A stretch of 64,000 nucleotides of DNA from an uncultured delta proteobacterium (GTDB lineage: Bacteria; Desulfobacterota; Binatia; Binatales; Binataceae), in assembly GCA_963789115.1 (NCBI GenBank), contig CAWBJH010000002.1, positions 447,412 through 511,411 on the forward strand, written 5' to 3'. Of the stretch, positions 8,547 through 18,705 are shown one piece after another; the stretch's first letter is position 1, and every line of letters starts with the position of its first letter. Made by a program: the position numbers and the translations under genes. Under the pieces are notes generated by a model. It saw only the letters and a list, made by a program, of their open reading frames with translations, did not search any database and was not told where the DNA came from.

Positions 8547-9718
8547 TCAATTCGGCTCGCCGTTCCGAAGCCCGATCAGTTCGCGCGCCGCCGCGCGCGC
8601 CCGACCATCGGTCTCCAAAAGGTCCTCGAGGTTGCGGGGGGTGGAATTGCAATGGCGTTCCATCAGGGTTTCGAGATGCCGCGGGATGTCTACGAAGCGC
8701 ACCCGTCCGGCCAGGAAACCCGCCACCAGCTCCTCGTTCGCCGCATTGAGCAACGCCGGCATCGTGCCGCCCGCGCGCAAGGCCTCGTAGCTCAGGCGCA
8801 AGCACGGAAAGCGGCGGAAGTCGGGCTCCTCGAACGTCAGCCGTGCGCAATCGATCAGCGAAAGCGGCCGCAGGTGATCGAGCGGGAGACGCTCCGGAAA
8901 CGCGAGCGCGTACGCGACCGGGATGGTCATGTCGGCAATCGCCATCTCGGCGATCACGGAACCGTCGATCATCTCGACCATCGAATGGACCACGCTCTGG
9001 GGATGAATCACCACGCTGATCTGCTCGGGGGCAAGATCGAACAGCCATCGCGCCTCGATCACCTCGAGCCCCTTGTTCATCAGCGTGGCGGAATCGATCG
9101 TGATCTTGTTGCCCATCCGCCAGGTGGGATGGTTGAGCGCGTCGGCGACCGTGATCGACTCGAAGCGCTCGCCGGGGAGCTCGCGGAAGGGGCCCCCGAA
9201 GCGGTAAGGATAATCCGCTTGAGCGCGGAGCGCGAACGTCCTTCGAGGCATTGAAAAACCGCGTTGTGCTCGCTGTCGACCGGCAGCAACCGCACCCCGT
9301 GCTCGCGCGCGGCCTCCGTGACGATCTGACCCGCGATCACCATCACTTCCTTGTTGGCGAATGCGATATGCTTGCCGGCCCGGATCGCGGCCAGAGTCGG
9401 AGCAAGCCCGACCGCACCGACCAGCGCCGAAACCACCATCTCGGCCCCGTGATGGGTCGCGACGGCGGCGACGCCCTCGGCGCCATGCGCGATCTCGACC
9501 CGATGCGGACCGAGTCGTGCCGCGAGATCGCGCGCCAGCCCGGCATTGGCCACCGAAACAAGTTCGGGGCGGAAACGCCGCACCTGCTCGGCGAGCCGGT
9601 CGAGATTCTGCCCGGCCGCCAGCGCGACCACCTTGAAGCGGTCCGGAAAGCCGCTTACCAACTCGAGCGTGGTGACGCCGATCGAACCCGTCGAGCCGAG
9701 AATCGCGAGCCCTTTCAC
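8547..9718 (-). pseudogene. dxr: 1-deoxy-D-xylulose-5-phosphate reductoisomerase, frame broken by a 1-nt homopolymer indel (possibly an assembly error)
   Basis: N-terminal ORF (9080-9718) has ILGSTGSIGV..DSEHNAVFQCL..RIILTASG. C-terminal ORF (8547-9251) continues GGPFRELP..NHPTWRMGNKITIDSATLMNKGLE. The two frames meet at the run 9189-9197. Confidence 0.9.
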
Positions 9719-9779
9719 ACCATCCTCACCCGGCTGCAGCCGGCTTCCAGAGGCCGGGCGAGACGGGCCGCTTCAACTT

Positions 9780-11777
9780 TCACGATCCCCACCCCGCTGC
9801 GGCCATCTGATGGAGGCGGCGGCGGAACTGTGCCAGCGCGATCAACGGAAAGTAGTGCGAGTACAACTCGTAGCGCAGGTAGAAGTGATTGGGAAAGCCG
9901 ATGCCGGTGGACTCGATCTCATCCCAGTTGCCGGCGTCAGCCTGCCGCTCCATCAGCCACAGGATGCCGCGCATCACGTTTTCGCTGATTGCATCCTCGC
10001 CCGCAAGCAGGCCGATAGTCGCCCACGCGGTTTGCGCGGCGGTGCTGGCGCCCTTGCCATGCCAGGCCGGATCCTTGTCGCTCAAATTGCTCTCGCCCCA
10101 TCCGCCGTCCGTATTCTGCACCTCCTTGAGCCAAGCCACGGCCTTCTTTATCCAGGCCTCATTCATATCGGCGCCAACGGCGCCCAAGCCGGCCAGCGCC
10201 GAAAAGGTACCGTAGATATAGTTGACGCCCCAGCGCCCTCGCCACCCGCCGTGACTCGCCTGGTTGCGCTTGAGCCAAGCGATCGCTCGCTTGGCCACCG
10301 GATGGTCGGCGCGATAGCCCACCGCGCCCATCATCTCCAGCACCCTGCCGGTCAGGTCGGCACAACTGGGGTCGGTGACGGCTTCGACATCTGCGAAAGG
10401 CGCGTGATTGAGCCAGTGCGAGTCGTTGTCCGCGTCGAAGGCGGCAAAGCCGCCGTCCGTCGATTGCATGCCCATCACCCAGTTGGCCCCCAGGCGCACC
10501 GAGCGCTCCTGGGCGGCCGGGTCGTCGGCAGCCACGTGCGGCAGCACGGTCAGGATCATCGCGGAGTCGTCCACGTCGGGATAGCAGTCGTTGAAGAACT
10601 GGAAAGCCCATCCACCGGGTTCGAGATCGCGCCGTTTGATCGACCAGTCGCCGCGCTTGAAGATCTGATGGTCGATGAACCAGCGGGCGGCCTTCTTGAG
10701 CGCGGGATGGTCGGCCGGCAGGCCTGACTCCCAAAGCGCCCGCGCCGCGATCGCGCTGTCCCAGTTGGGAGACACGCACGGCATGTAAAACGCCTTGTCG
10801 CCCAGGTCCCAGATCAGCTCGCGCACCCCTTCCATCGCCTTCTTCATCACGGGATGGTCCTTGCGGTAGCCGAGCGCCTTGAGCGCCATCGCGCTGAGCA
10901 GGTAGCACGGCTCGATTCCGCCCCATGAGCCGTTGGCTTCCTGGTGCTCGAGGAGCCAGCTCTCGGCGGCGCGGAGCGCGCGCTGGCGAAGCGAGTCAAC
11001 ATGATGGCGGTCATAGAGGCGCAGAATTTTGTCTATCCCGTTGAGCGCGTTGCGCAGCGACAGCAGCCGCTTGCCGGGCAGATGTTTGAAGCGGGTGAAG
11101 TGCGGCGGCAGCATGTACAGCTCGAGCACGCCGTCGCGGTACTCGACCGGCCGCACGGTCTTGAGCGCCTGAATGACCATCAGCGGCACCAGCGTGCCGC
11201 GCGCCCACGAGGCGAGCTCGTAAATGTTGACCGGGAACCAGTTCGGAAAAAGCATGAACTCGACCGGCATCGCAGGCGTGGCCAACCACGGCACCTGGCC
11301 CATCGCGGCCAGGTAAAAGCGCGAGAGCGTGCCGGTGTTGGCGATACCCCCGCGGCCGAGGATCCAGCGCCGCGCCGCCATCATCGGCTCGTCGCCGGCG
11401 CGCATCCCGGCCAGCTTGAGCGCGAAGTAAGCTTCGACGCAGGTCGAGAGATAGCCTTCGCCACCCGCGTACAAGGGCCAGCTTCCATCGGCGCTCTGCG
11501 CGCCGAGCAGATGCTTCTTGAGCTTGGCCTCCAGCTCGAGGTCGACCGCCTCCATGAAGTGATTGAAGATGACAAACTCGGCGTTCATCTCGGCGTTGGC
11601 TTCCAGCGAACCGTGCCAATAGCCCTCGAGATGCTGCCGGGCGATTAACGCGCGCTGGGCGCGATCGATGACGAAGTCGACCCGGGCGGCGAACTCATCG
11701 CGCGCGATCGGCTCGGCGCCGGCCTCCCGGCTTTCGAATTGAAGCGCTTGACTCATGGGATTCAGACTCCGATCCAC
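9780..11777 (-). CDS. shc: Squalene-hopene cyclase
   Basis: 665 aa with repeated QW-type motifs (DGSW, DGGW) and the catalytic DxDD motif in YPDVDDSAMIL. Confidence 0.95.
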   Translation of the reverse strand: MDRSLNPMSQALQFESREAGAEPIARDEFAARVDFVIDRAQRALIARQHLEGYWHGSLEANAEMNAEFVIFNHFMEAVDLELEAKLKKHLLGAQSADGSWPLYAGGEGYLSTCVEAYFALKLAGMRAGDEPMMAARRWILGRGGIANTGTLSRFYLAAMGQVPWLATPAMPVEFMLFPNWFPVNIYELASWARGTLVPLMVIQALKTVRPVEYRDGVLELYMLPPHFTRFKHLPGKRLLSLRNALNGIDKILRLYDRHHVDSLRQRALRAAESWLLEHQEANGSWGGIEPCYLLSAMALKALGYRKDHPVMKKAMEGVRELIWDLGDKAFYMPCVSPNWDSAIAARALWESGLPADHPALKKAARWFIDHQIFKRGDWSIKRRDLEPGGWAFQFFNDCYPDVDDSAMILTVLPHVAADDPAAQERSVRLGANWVMGMQSTDGGFAAFDADNDSHWLNHAPFADVEAVTDPSCADLTGRVLEMMGAVGYRADHPVAKRAIAWLKRNQASHGGWRGRWGVNYIYGTFSALAGLGAVGADMNEAWIKKAVAWLKEVQNTDGGWGESNLSDKDPAWHGKGASTAAQTAWATIGLLAGEDAISENVMRGILWLMERQADAGNWDEIESTGIGFPNHFYLRYELYSHYFPLIALAQFRRRLHQMAAAGWGS

Positions 11778-11778
11778 G

Positions 11779-12882
11779 TCAGGGGATTACGGCACACTTG
11801 AGCACGGTGCCGCGCTCCATCATCGCGAATACCTCGTCGAGTTGGCTCAGCCGCCGGCGCTGGTTGATGATTCTTCCCGCGTCAAGCTTGCCCTCGCACA
11901 GCATCGCAACCGCGCGCTCAACGTCGCGCGGCCGATAATGGAACGGGGCAAGCAGGGTCAGATTGTCGTAATGCATCCTGCGCGTGTCGACGCTCAGCGC
12001 GGTCCCGGCGGGGCATCCGCCGAAAAAAACCACCCGGCCGCCGCGCCTGACCCGCTCGAAAGCCTCGCGCCATCCGTCCGCCTGCCCGGTACATTCGATC
12101 ACCAGATCAGGCCCATAGCCGCCGTTGAGCCGAGCGACCTCGCGCGCCGGATCGGCGCAGGTAATATCGATCACCCGGTCCGCGCCGAGCTGCCCGGCCC
12201 ATTGCAGCCGTTCCCCGCCACGTTCGGCGACCGTCACCTGCTTGATGCCGCCGGCCTTGAGCACGATCATGTGCAGCAGGCCGAGCGCTCCGGCGCCGAG
12301 GATCAGCACGCTCTCGAGTTTCTGCGGGCGCGCCATCTCGTGCGCGTGCACGACGCAAGCCAGCGGGTCGAGCAGAGCGGCCTCCTCGAACGGCACCGCG
12401 GGCGGCTTTCTAAACGCGTTGCGCGCGACGACGTGGGCCGCGATCACCAGGTAGTCGGCGTATCCGCCGAGCACCATTTTTTCCATGGTCTGGGGACAGA
12501 GGTTCTCGTCCCCGCGTCCGCAGTAGAAGCAGCGCCCGCACGGTGCGGTCGGCGCCGCCATCAGCTCGTCACCTACTTCGAATTCGGAGACGCCGGCGCC
12601 CACCTCGGCGACCACGCCGGAAAATTCGTGGCCGAGCGGCGTCGGCATCGGCCACATCGGATGCCCTCGGCGCCAGGCCTTGAGATCGGTGCCGCAGCTC
12701 AGCCCGCATCGCACCTGGAGCAGTACCTCACCGGGACCGGGATGGGGCGGGTCGAAGTCGCGAAGCTCGAGCCGGCCCGGGGCCAGCAGCATCGCGCGCC
12801 GTGAATGAGAGGGCTCGGCGCCGCGGGCGACCGTCGCGCCGGATGGCTGCGCGGCCTGGCTGTGCGCGCGCGCCGGGCTCAC
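11779..12882 (-). CDS. Zinc-dependent alcohol dehydrogenase family protein (alternative start 12792)
   Basis: GHEFSGVV zinc-ligand region, CGRCFYCGRGDENLC structural-zinc motif and LILGAGALGLL Rossmann motif. Confidence 0.8.
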   Translation of the reverse strand: MSPARAHSQAAQPSGATVARGAEPSHSRRAMLLAPGRLELRDFDPPHPGPGEVLLQVRCGLSCGTDLKAWRRGHPMWPMPTPLGHEFSGVVAEVGAGVSEFEVGDELMAAPTAPCGRCFYCGRGDENLCPQTMEKMVLGGYADYLVIAAHVVARNAFRKPPAVPFEEAALLDPLACVVHAHEMARPQKLESVLILGAGALGLLHMIVLKAGGIKQVTVAERGGERLQWAGQLGADRVIDITCADPAREVARLNGGYGPDLVIECTGQADGWREAFERVRRGGRVVFFGGCPAGTALSVDTRRMHYDNLTLLAPFHYRPRDVERAVAMLCEGKLDAGRIINQRRRLSQLDEVFAMMERGTVLKCAVIP

Positions 12883-13901
12883 AGCGTTCGCTCCACGACG
12901 AAGCTGGCGAGCCGCCTGAGCGGTTCGGCACGCTCATCGAACGTGCGCAGCGCGTGATGCGCCCGGCGCTCGAGCCGGTGAGCCAACTCGCGCGAGCGCG
13001 CCACTCCGAGTATCGAGGGATAAGTCGCCTTGCCGCGCTCCGAGTCCTTCTGCGTGCGCTTGCCCATCCGCTCGGGCGTTGACTCGACGTCGAGCAGGTC
13101 GTCGATCACCTGGAAGGCGAGTCCGAGCGCGCGGGCATAGTCGGTCAGGGCACTGAACTGCGCCGGGTTCGCGCCGCCCATGCGCGCGCCGCCGCGCACC
13201 GCGGCCACGAACAGAGCGCCGGTCTTCTTGCTGTGGAGATGCTCGAGTTGCGCGAGGTCGAGCGGCCGGCCTTCGCCGAGCAGATCCATCGCCTGCCCGG
13301 CCACCATCCCTTCCGAGCCGGCGGCCTCGGCCAATTCGGCGACCGTCTCGAGCACTAACGCCGGGTCGATGCCCGAGCCGGTACGGTGGACGAGGACCTC
13401 AAACGCGTCGGTCAGGAGCGCGTCGCCGGCCAGCGTCGCCATCGCCTCGCCGTAAACCTTATGGTTGGTCGGGCGGCCGCGGCGCAGGTCGTCGTCGTCC
13501 ATGCAAGGCAGGTCATCGTGGACTATCGAGTAGGTGTGGATCATCTCGAGCGCGCAGGCGATGCCGAGCGCCGCTTCGATTGCGCCGCCCACCGCCTCGC
13601 ACGAGGCCATCGCGAGTATCGGGCGCAGGCGCTTGCCGCCGGCCAGCAAGCTGTAGCGCATCGCTTCGTAAAGCCGCGCCGCCGGCCCTTCCCTGGCGGC
13701 CACCGCCCGCTCTAGCTCACATTCAACGATCGCGGCGCGCTGCTTGAGGTAGCTCTCGATGTCGAACGGGCGGGAAGACGCAAAGGGCTGCGCAATCGCC
13801 GGCGCGCCGGACTTGGGTGCAGCACAGCCCGCGACGGCGGCTGAGACCGTACCTGCCGTCTGTCGCGAGGCTGCCCCCTCGTGAGACTTCGCTTTCCCCA
13901 T
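12879..13901 (-). CDS. Polyprenyl diphosphate synthase (FPP/GGPP synthase type)
   Basis: First DDxxD in SIVHDDLPCMDDDDLRRGRPTNH and second in FQVIDDLLD. Confidence 0.9.
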   Translation of the reverse strand: MGKAKSHEGAASRQTAGTVSAAVAGCAAPKSGAPAIAQPFASSRPFDIESYLKQRAAIVECELERAVAAREGPAARLYEAMRYSLLAGGKRLRPILAMASCEAVGGAIEAALGIACALEMIHTYSIVHDDLPCMDDDDLRRGRPTNHKVYGEAMATLAGDALLTDAFEVLVHRTGSGIDPALVLETVAELAEAAGSEGMVAGQAMDLLGEGRPLDLAQLEHLHSKKTGALFVAAVRGGARMGGANPAQFSALTDYARALGLAFQVIDDLLDVESTPERMGKRTQKDSERGKATYPSILGVARSRELAHRLERRAHHALRTFDERAEPLRRLASFVVERTL

Positions 13902-14037
13902 CGATTTGCCCCCGGCGGTATCGACGCCGCCCTAGCGCCGCCGCCGTTGTCCGCCCCTCAGGTGCCGGCCACGGGCAGCGCCATCCAGCACTGACGGATG
14001 CGGCGCGCCCGGCCCCGGTCAGCCCCGCCCCTAACTC

Positions 14038-15036
14038 TCACGCGACATAGTGCCGCACCATTGCCCAGGTGTCCTTGAGGTTCTTGCCGAAATCCAGCGC
14101 CACGGTGCCCTCAAAGCCGGAATGCAGCTTGCAGTCGCGGCAGCGAAAATCCTGCTTGGTGCGGTAGAACTCCCAATCGGTCGCTTCGTGGAGCTGCTTT
14201 AGGCTCGAGTAGTGACCGTTGGTGATCAGGTAGCAGGGCCCCTTCCAGCCCTGTGGGTTGCGAGTCACCGTGGTCCACGGACTGCAAAGCAACTCGCGCT
14301 CGCCAATTAGATACTGCAGGTAGATCGGCGTGTTGATTATCTTGTAGTCCTCGGCCAACTCCATGACCCGCCGGAACTTGTACGGCATCTCCTCCTTCCT
14401 TAGGTAGATGTCGTTCTCGAGCATCTGGTAATGGTAGCCCGGCGTCAGCAGCATCCCGTCCACCCTGAGATCGGCGAGCATCCTGGTCAGCTCTTCGATT
14501 TCCTCGGCGCTCGTTTCGCGAAAGACCGTGGTGTTGGTCTGCACCCGGTAGCCCTTGGCCTTGAGCATCTTGATCATGCGCACGCAGGTGTCGAACACGC
14601 CGTTGCGATCGACCACCCGGTCGTGCGTCTCGCGCATCCCGTCGATATGCACGTTGAAACTCAGGTAAGGGTTGGGCGCCACCTGCTTGACGAAACGCTC
14701 GAGCAGCAGCGCGTTGGTGCAGATCTGAACGTGGCGGCGCTGCTCGATCAGACCCTTGCTGAGCGGCACGATGTGCTTGTACATCAGCGGCTCGCCGCCG
14801 CAGATCGAAACGATCGGGGCGCCGGCTTCTTCGGCGCAAGCAAGTGCCTCGTCAAGCGGGATCTGGTCACGGATGGTGTCCTTGTACTCGACAATCCGGC
14901 CGCATCCGATACACGCCAAGTTGCAGGCGTGGAGCGGCTCGAGCATCAGGACCAGGGGAAAATATTTTTCGCCGGCGCGCTTCTTGCGCCTCATGTAGCG
15001 GGCAAGGTCGATCATCAGTCGCAGAGGCATTCGCAT
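14038..15036 (-). CDS. hpnH: Adenosyl-hopene transferase HpnH (radical SAM)
   Basis: LEPLHACNLACIGCGRI CxxxCxxC motif, 332 aa, in the hpn cluster. Confidence 0.85.
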   Translation of the reverse strand: MRMPLRLMIDLARYMRRKKRAGEKYFPLVLMLEPLHACNLACIGCGRIVEYKDTIRDQIPLDEALACAEEAGAPIVSICGGEPLMYKHIVPLSKGLIEQRRHVQICTNALLLERFVKQVAPNPYLSFNVHIDGMRETHDRVVDRNGVFDTCVRMIKMLKAKGYRVQTNTTVFRETSAEEIEELTRMLADLRVDGMLLTPGYHYQMLENDIYLRKEEMPYKFRRVMELAEDYKIINTPIYLQYLIGERELLCSPWTTVTRNPQGWKGPCYLITNGHYSSLKQLHEATDWEFYRTKQDFRCRDCKLHSGFEGTVALDFGKNLKDTWAMVRHYVA

Positions 15037-15073
15037 GTCTTCAGGTTCTCCCGGAATGGCTGATGCAATCCGT

Positions 15074-15712
15074 TCAGGCTACGGCCTTTCCGCTATCCGA
15101 ATGACTCCCTGGGTTTTCGTGAAATAACCATCCCCGCAGCATCGCGACGATGCTGTCCGAATCAAGGCCGGCGCTGCCTATGAACAGGAACTCGATCAGC
15201 GAGCCGTTGAGCGCCGACAAGAGAAAACCCGCCGCCGCCTCGGGGGTGAAATCGCGTCCACACAGCCCCTTCTCCTGCGCGCGGCGGATCAAATCCACAA
15301 GCAGGGTTCGATATCCCTCGTAAAGTTTGAGCACCTGGTCGTTGAGCCCGTCGGAGAGACGCTCGCCGTGGAGCAGTTGCACGACGAAGAATCTCACCGA
15401 GCTCGCGTTGTCGCGCACGAAGGACAGGTACGACCCGACCAGCTTCACGATCTGCTCGCGCTCGTCCAGGACGGCGGCCTCCTCGGCAAAATCGATGAAG
15501 TAGGGTTCCAGCAACCGGTTGAGCACCGCCAAGAAGAGCTCTTCCTTGGTCTTGAAGTGCCAGAAGATGAGCGCCTTGCTGACCCGGGCCTGGCGCGCAA
15601 CCTCGGACATCGAGGTCTCGTGAAAGCCGCGGTCGGCGAAGAGTTGGGTTGCCGCCTTCAGGATTTCATCGCTGGAATCGGCGGAATTGGTGCGTACTGC
15701 TGTTGAACCCAT
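15074..15712 (-). CDS. TetR/AcrR family transcriptional regulator
   Basis: ILKAATQLFADRGFHETSMSEVARQARVSKALIFWHFKTKEELF HTH motif. The ATG at 15712 is preferred over the longer track ORF. Confidence 0.85.
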   Translation of the reverse strand: MGSTAVRTNSADSSDEILKAATQLFADRGFHETSMSEVARQARVSKALIFWHFKTKEELFLAVLNRLLEPYFIDFAEEAAVLDEREQIVKLVGSYLSFVRDNASSVRFFVVQLLHGERLSDGLNDQVLKLYEGYRTLLVDLIRRAQEKGLCGRDFTPEAAAGFLLSALNGSLIEFLFIGSAGLDSDSIVAMLRGWLFHENPGSHSDSGKAVA

Positions 15713-15802
15713 CTGCGGCTGGAGCGCTGCCCCTACTAACCTAGCGGTCAATGGCGACTGTACCTGCCACGGCGAGAAAGTCAATAGAGACAATCCGATC
15801 GG

Positions 15803-16828
15803 TCAGGCGAGCAAGCGAGCAATTTCCACAGGGCGACCGACGGTATTGGACTCACGGGCACCAATAATGACGGCAAGGGCCGTCTTGGCCTCATCCAGGT
15901 TCTGGATGGCTGTGGCGCCCGAGAACCCTTCAGCTACGGCACGCTGGAAGTCGGCTGCAACGCCGGCAAACCAGGCAGGATGGTAGGAATCGTCTGGAAT
16001 ATCGGGTGGTTGGAACTCTTCGACCTTCCCTGCGCGCGGAATCAGACGGACGCGGCCCTCATCGATTTCCAGGGTAGCCTCATCGGCATAGAGCGTGGCC
16101 GAAGTGCGCCGGGTTGGCGCTCTCCATGAAAGCTCGGAATACCCGGCCCGATCGCCGGGAAACGCGATTCGAAGATCTGCGGCCTCCTCGGCGCCCGAAT
16201 CCGCCCCAAGGTGAAGGCGGGCTGAGACAGCGTTGGGCGGTGCGCCCATCAGCCACCTAATCAGGTAGAAGACATGCCATCCGTGATCGATCAGGATCCC
16301 GCCGCCCAGGGCAGCGTCCATCCTCCACTTTGAGCCCGCCCCGCCGCGCCCGGCCGGCTCCGTCCTGAGGCGGAGGAGTGAGACGAAGCGAGGTACGCCG
16401 ACCCTCCCGGAGGCCACCAGTTCGTGGGCAAGCCGATAGACCGGCGCATGCTTCCAGTTGTGCACGCACATCAGGACACGGGAGCGTGCCGCGGCCAGCG
16501 AGCGAAGCGCGTCGAAGTCGTGGGCGGTAAGGCAAAGCGGCTTTTCGACGACTAGATGCGCTCCGGCTTCCAGCGCGGCGCGCGCGGTATCGGCATGCAG
16601 CGCCGGGGGGCTTGCGATGTCGAGGAAATCGAGCCGCTCGCCCTCGAGCATCAGATGCAAATCGTCATAAACGCGGACATTCTTTATCAGGCGAAGTGCC
16701 AGATGGCGCCGCTCGGCGATCGGATCGTGAACCGCGACGATCTGGATATCCGGCCTCGATCGCCATCCCGGCAGATGGGCACGCGCTGCGACCTCGCCGA
16801 AGCCCGAGATTGCTCCCCGCAGCTTCAT
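15803..16828 (-). CDS. Gfo/Idh/MocA family oxidoreductase
   Basis: N-terminal GAISGFGEVA Rossmann region and EKPL motif (VVEKPLCLT). Confidence 0.8.
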   Translation of the reverse strand: MKLRGAISGFGEVAARAHLPGWRSRPDIQIVAVHDPIAERRHLALRLIKNVRVYDDLHLMLEGERLDFLDIASPPALHADTARAALEAGAHLVVEKPLCLTAHDFDALRSLAAARSRVLMCVHNWKHAPVYRLAHELVASGRVGVPRFVSLLRLRTEPAGRGGAGSKWRMDAALGGGILIDHGWHVFYLIRWLMGAPPNAVSARLHLGADSGAEEAADLRIAFPGDRAGYSELSWRAPTRRTSATLYADEATLEIDEGRVRLIPRAGKVEEFQPPDIPDDSYHPAWFAGVAADFQRAVAEGFSGATAIQNLDEAKTALAVIIGARESNTVGRPVEIARLLA

Positions 16829-16855
16829 GTATGAACCTTCACCTCAGCGACGCGC

Positions 16856-17338
16856 CTACTTCCACCCGAAGAAGTCCCTTGCGTGGATGAATTTCTCCAC
16901 CCCCGCCGCCTTGGCTGCCAGCTCGTCGATTTCATTGTCGCCGACCATCGTGGAGCCCGCGAGGTCAACGCCGTAGACTCTCGCCAAATCGACGATCATG
17001 CCGCCCTTGGGCTTGCGGCATTCGCATCGGTCGCGATCGTCGTGCGGGCAGACCTGCCATCCGGTCAGGATATCCCCCAGTTGGCGGTCCAGTTCCGCCA
17101 TCGCCGCTTCGACCTGTTCTCTCGTGAAGCGGCCGCGCGAGACACCCGCCTGGTTGGTGACCACGAAGATCAGATGGTCGCGAATCGGGCGAAGCTTCTC
17201 GGCCACGCCCGGCATCAACTCGATCCGGACATTGCCCTTGCCGTCGATCGGAAGCTGGCGGGTCTCATCCATCTTGACGAGCGTCCCCGCAAGGTCGAGG
17301 AAGAGCCCCCGGTTGCCGGTGCGGTCGGCCACGCTCAA
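16856..17338 (-). CDS. HAD-IIIA (GmhB/histidinol-phosphatase-like) phosphatase with variant motif I
   Basis: LFLDLAGTL, VVTNQAGVSRG, CPHDDRDRCECRKPKGGM and VGDNEIDELAA. TTG start overlaps the upstream stop (TTGA). Confidence 0.7.
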   Translation of the reverse strand: MSVADRTGNRGLFLDLAGTLVKMDETRQLPIDGKGNVRIELMPGVAEKLRPIRDHLIFVVTNQAGVSRGRFTREQVEAAMAELDRQLGDILTGWQVCPHDDRDRCECRKPKGGMIVDLARVYGVDLAGSTMVGDNEIDELAAKAAGVEKFIHARDFFGWK

Positions 17339-18699
17339 CGCGGCGCGCGCCAGTCGACGTGGTCGCGCACGTAAGCAAAGACTTCGTCGAGGATCGAGGC
17401 GCCGGCCTCGGCCTGCGCCTCGGTAATCACCAGCGGCGGATTGATACGCACGCGCGGGAAGTAGCTCATCGCCACCAGTCCGCGCTTGAGCGACTCCTTG
17501 AAGACCAGCTCGGTGACCTTGCGGCTGAGCAGTTCCTTGCTCACGCGGTCGCGCACCAGATCGATCCCGATCAGCAGGCCCCGGCCGCGCACGTCGCCCA
17601 CGAATTCGTACTTCTCCTTGAGCGCGAGCAGGCGCTCGAGCAGCAGCGCGCCGACGCGGCAAGAATTCTCGACCAGCCTCTCGCGCCGGATGGTCTTAAT
17701 CGTCTCGGCCAGCGCCGTCGCCGCCAGCGGATTCCCGCCGTAGCTCGACGACGACGCGCTGGGCTTGCCGAAAGGCTCGGCCTTGCCGAGCTCGTCGCTC
17801 AGCAGGACTCCCGAAACCGGAAAGCCGGATGCCATGCCCTTGCCGATCGTCATGATATCGGGCTCAGTACCGCTGTGCTCGACACCCCACCACTTGCCGG
17901 TGCGGCCGAAGCCGGTGATCATCTCGTCCGCGATCAGCATCGCGCCGTTGCGCCGCGCAAGCTCCTTGACCGCCGGGATGTAGTCGTCGGGCGGAATCAC
18001 GTTGCCGGCAGTGCCCTGAAAGGGCTCGACCACCACCGCCGCGAGCGCGCCCGCCGAGGCATTCTTTACCTGCTCGCCGGCGAACTCGACGCAGAACATC
18101 CCGCACTTCGGATACTCGAGCTTGAACGGACATCGATAGCAGTCGGCGTACGGCGCCATGTATTGACCGCCCGGGAGCGGCCCGTAGCCCTGCTTCGATT
18201 CGTCTCCGATAAGCCCGATTACACCCCCGCTCTTGCCATGGAAACCGCCCCAGAAGCTGAGCACCTCATGCTTCTTGGTAACGGAGCGCGCCAGGCGAAG
18301 CGCCGCCTCGACCGCCTCCGCACCGCCGCTGTAGAGATGCGCGCGCTTGAGGTTGGCGGGCGCAACTTCGCTCAGCAGCCTCAACGCCTCGGCGCGCTCG
18401 CGGTTGGCAAACGTCCCGACCATCAGGCGCGAGGCCTGGCGCGAGATCGCCTGGGCGAGCGCGGGATGGCCGTGGCCGAGGCTGGCCACCGCGACCCCGG
18501 CAAAGAAGTCCAGGTACACGTTGCCGTCGGCATCGGTGAGCGTGGCGCCCTCGCCGCGCTCGAAGGCAACTCCGGCGAGCAGCGAGATTCGCTGGCGGCC
18601 GGGCGCGATATAGCGTTGCTCTTCGTCGAATATCTCGCGCGATTTCGGTCCGGGAATCTGGGTAAAAATTTTCGGGAGCATGTCGCCAGTCGTTGTCAT
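17335..18699 (-). CDS. Class-III (ornithine/acetylornithine/GABA-type) PLP aminotransferase; a role like HpnO is possible but unproven
   Basis: 454 aa with DEMITGFGRTGKWW and TIGKGMASGFP (PLP-lysine region). Confidence 0.85.
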   Translation of the reverse strand: MTTTGDMLPKIFTQIPGPKSREIFDEEQRYIAPGRQRISLLAGVAFERGEGATLTDADGNVYLDFFAGVAVASLGHGHPALAQAISRQASRLMVGTFANRERAEALRLLSEVAPANLKRAHLYSGGAEAVEAALRLARSVTKKHEVLSFWGGFHGKSGGVIGLIGDESKQGYGPLPGGQYMAPYADCYRCPFKLEYPKCGMFCVEFAGEQVKNASAGALAAVVVEPFQGTAGNVIPPDDYIPAVKELARRNGAMLIADEMITGFGRTGKWWGVEHSGTEPDIMTIGKGMASGFPVSGVLLSDELGKAEPFGKPSASSSSYGGNPLAATALAETIKTIRRERLVENSCRVGALLLERLLALKEKYEFVGDVRGRGLLIGIDLVRDRVSKELLSRKVTELVFKESLKRGLVAMSYFPRVRINPPLVITEAQAEAGASILDEVFAYVRDHVDWRAPR

Positions 18700-18705
18700 C
18701 CTGTC

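Noticed and set aside
8545-9048. N-terminal 168-aa extension of the hpnC ORF; similar over-extensions affect rel (to 37116), GT9 (to 41821), GT4 (to 39663) and the HAD-IIIA gene (to 17662)
   Set aside because: The extensions overlap the conserved 3' ends of the upstream genes and have no family similarity. Internal starts placed at or next to the upstream stop codons fit the expected protein lengths.
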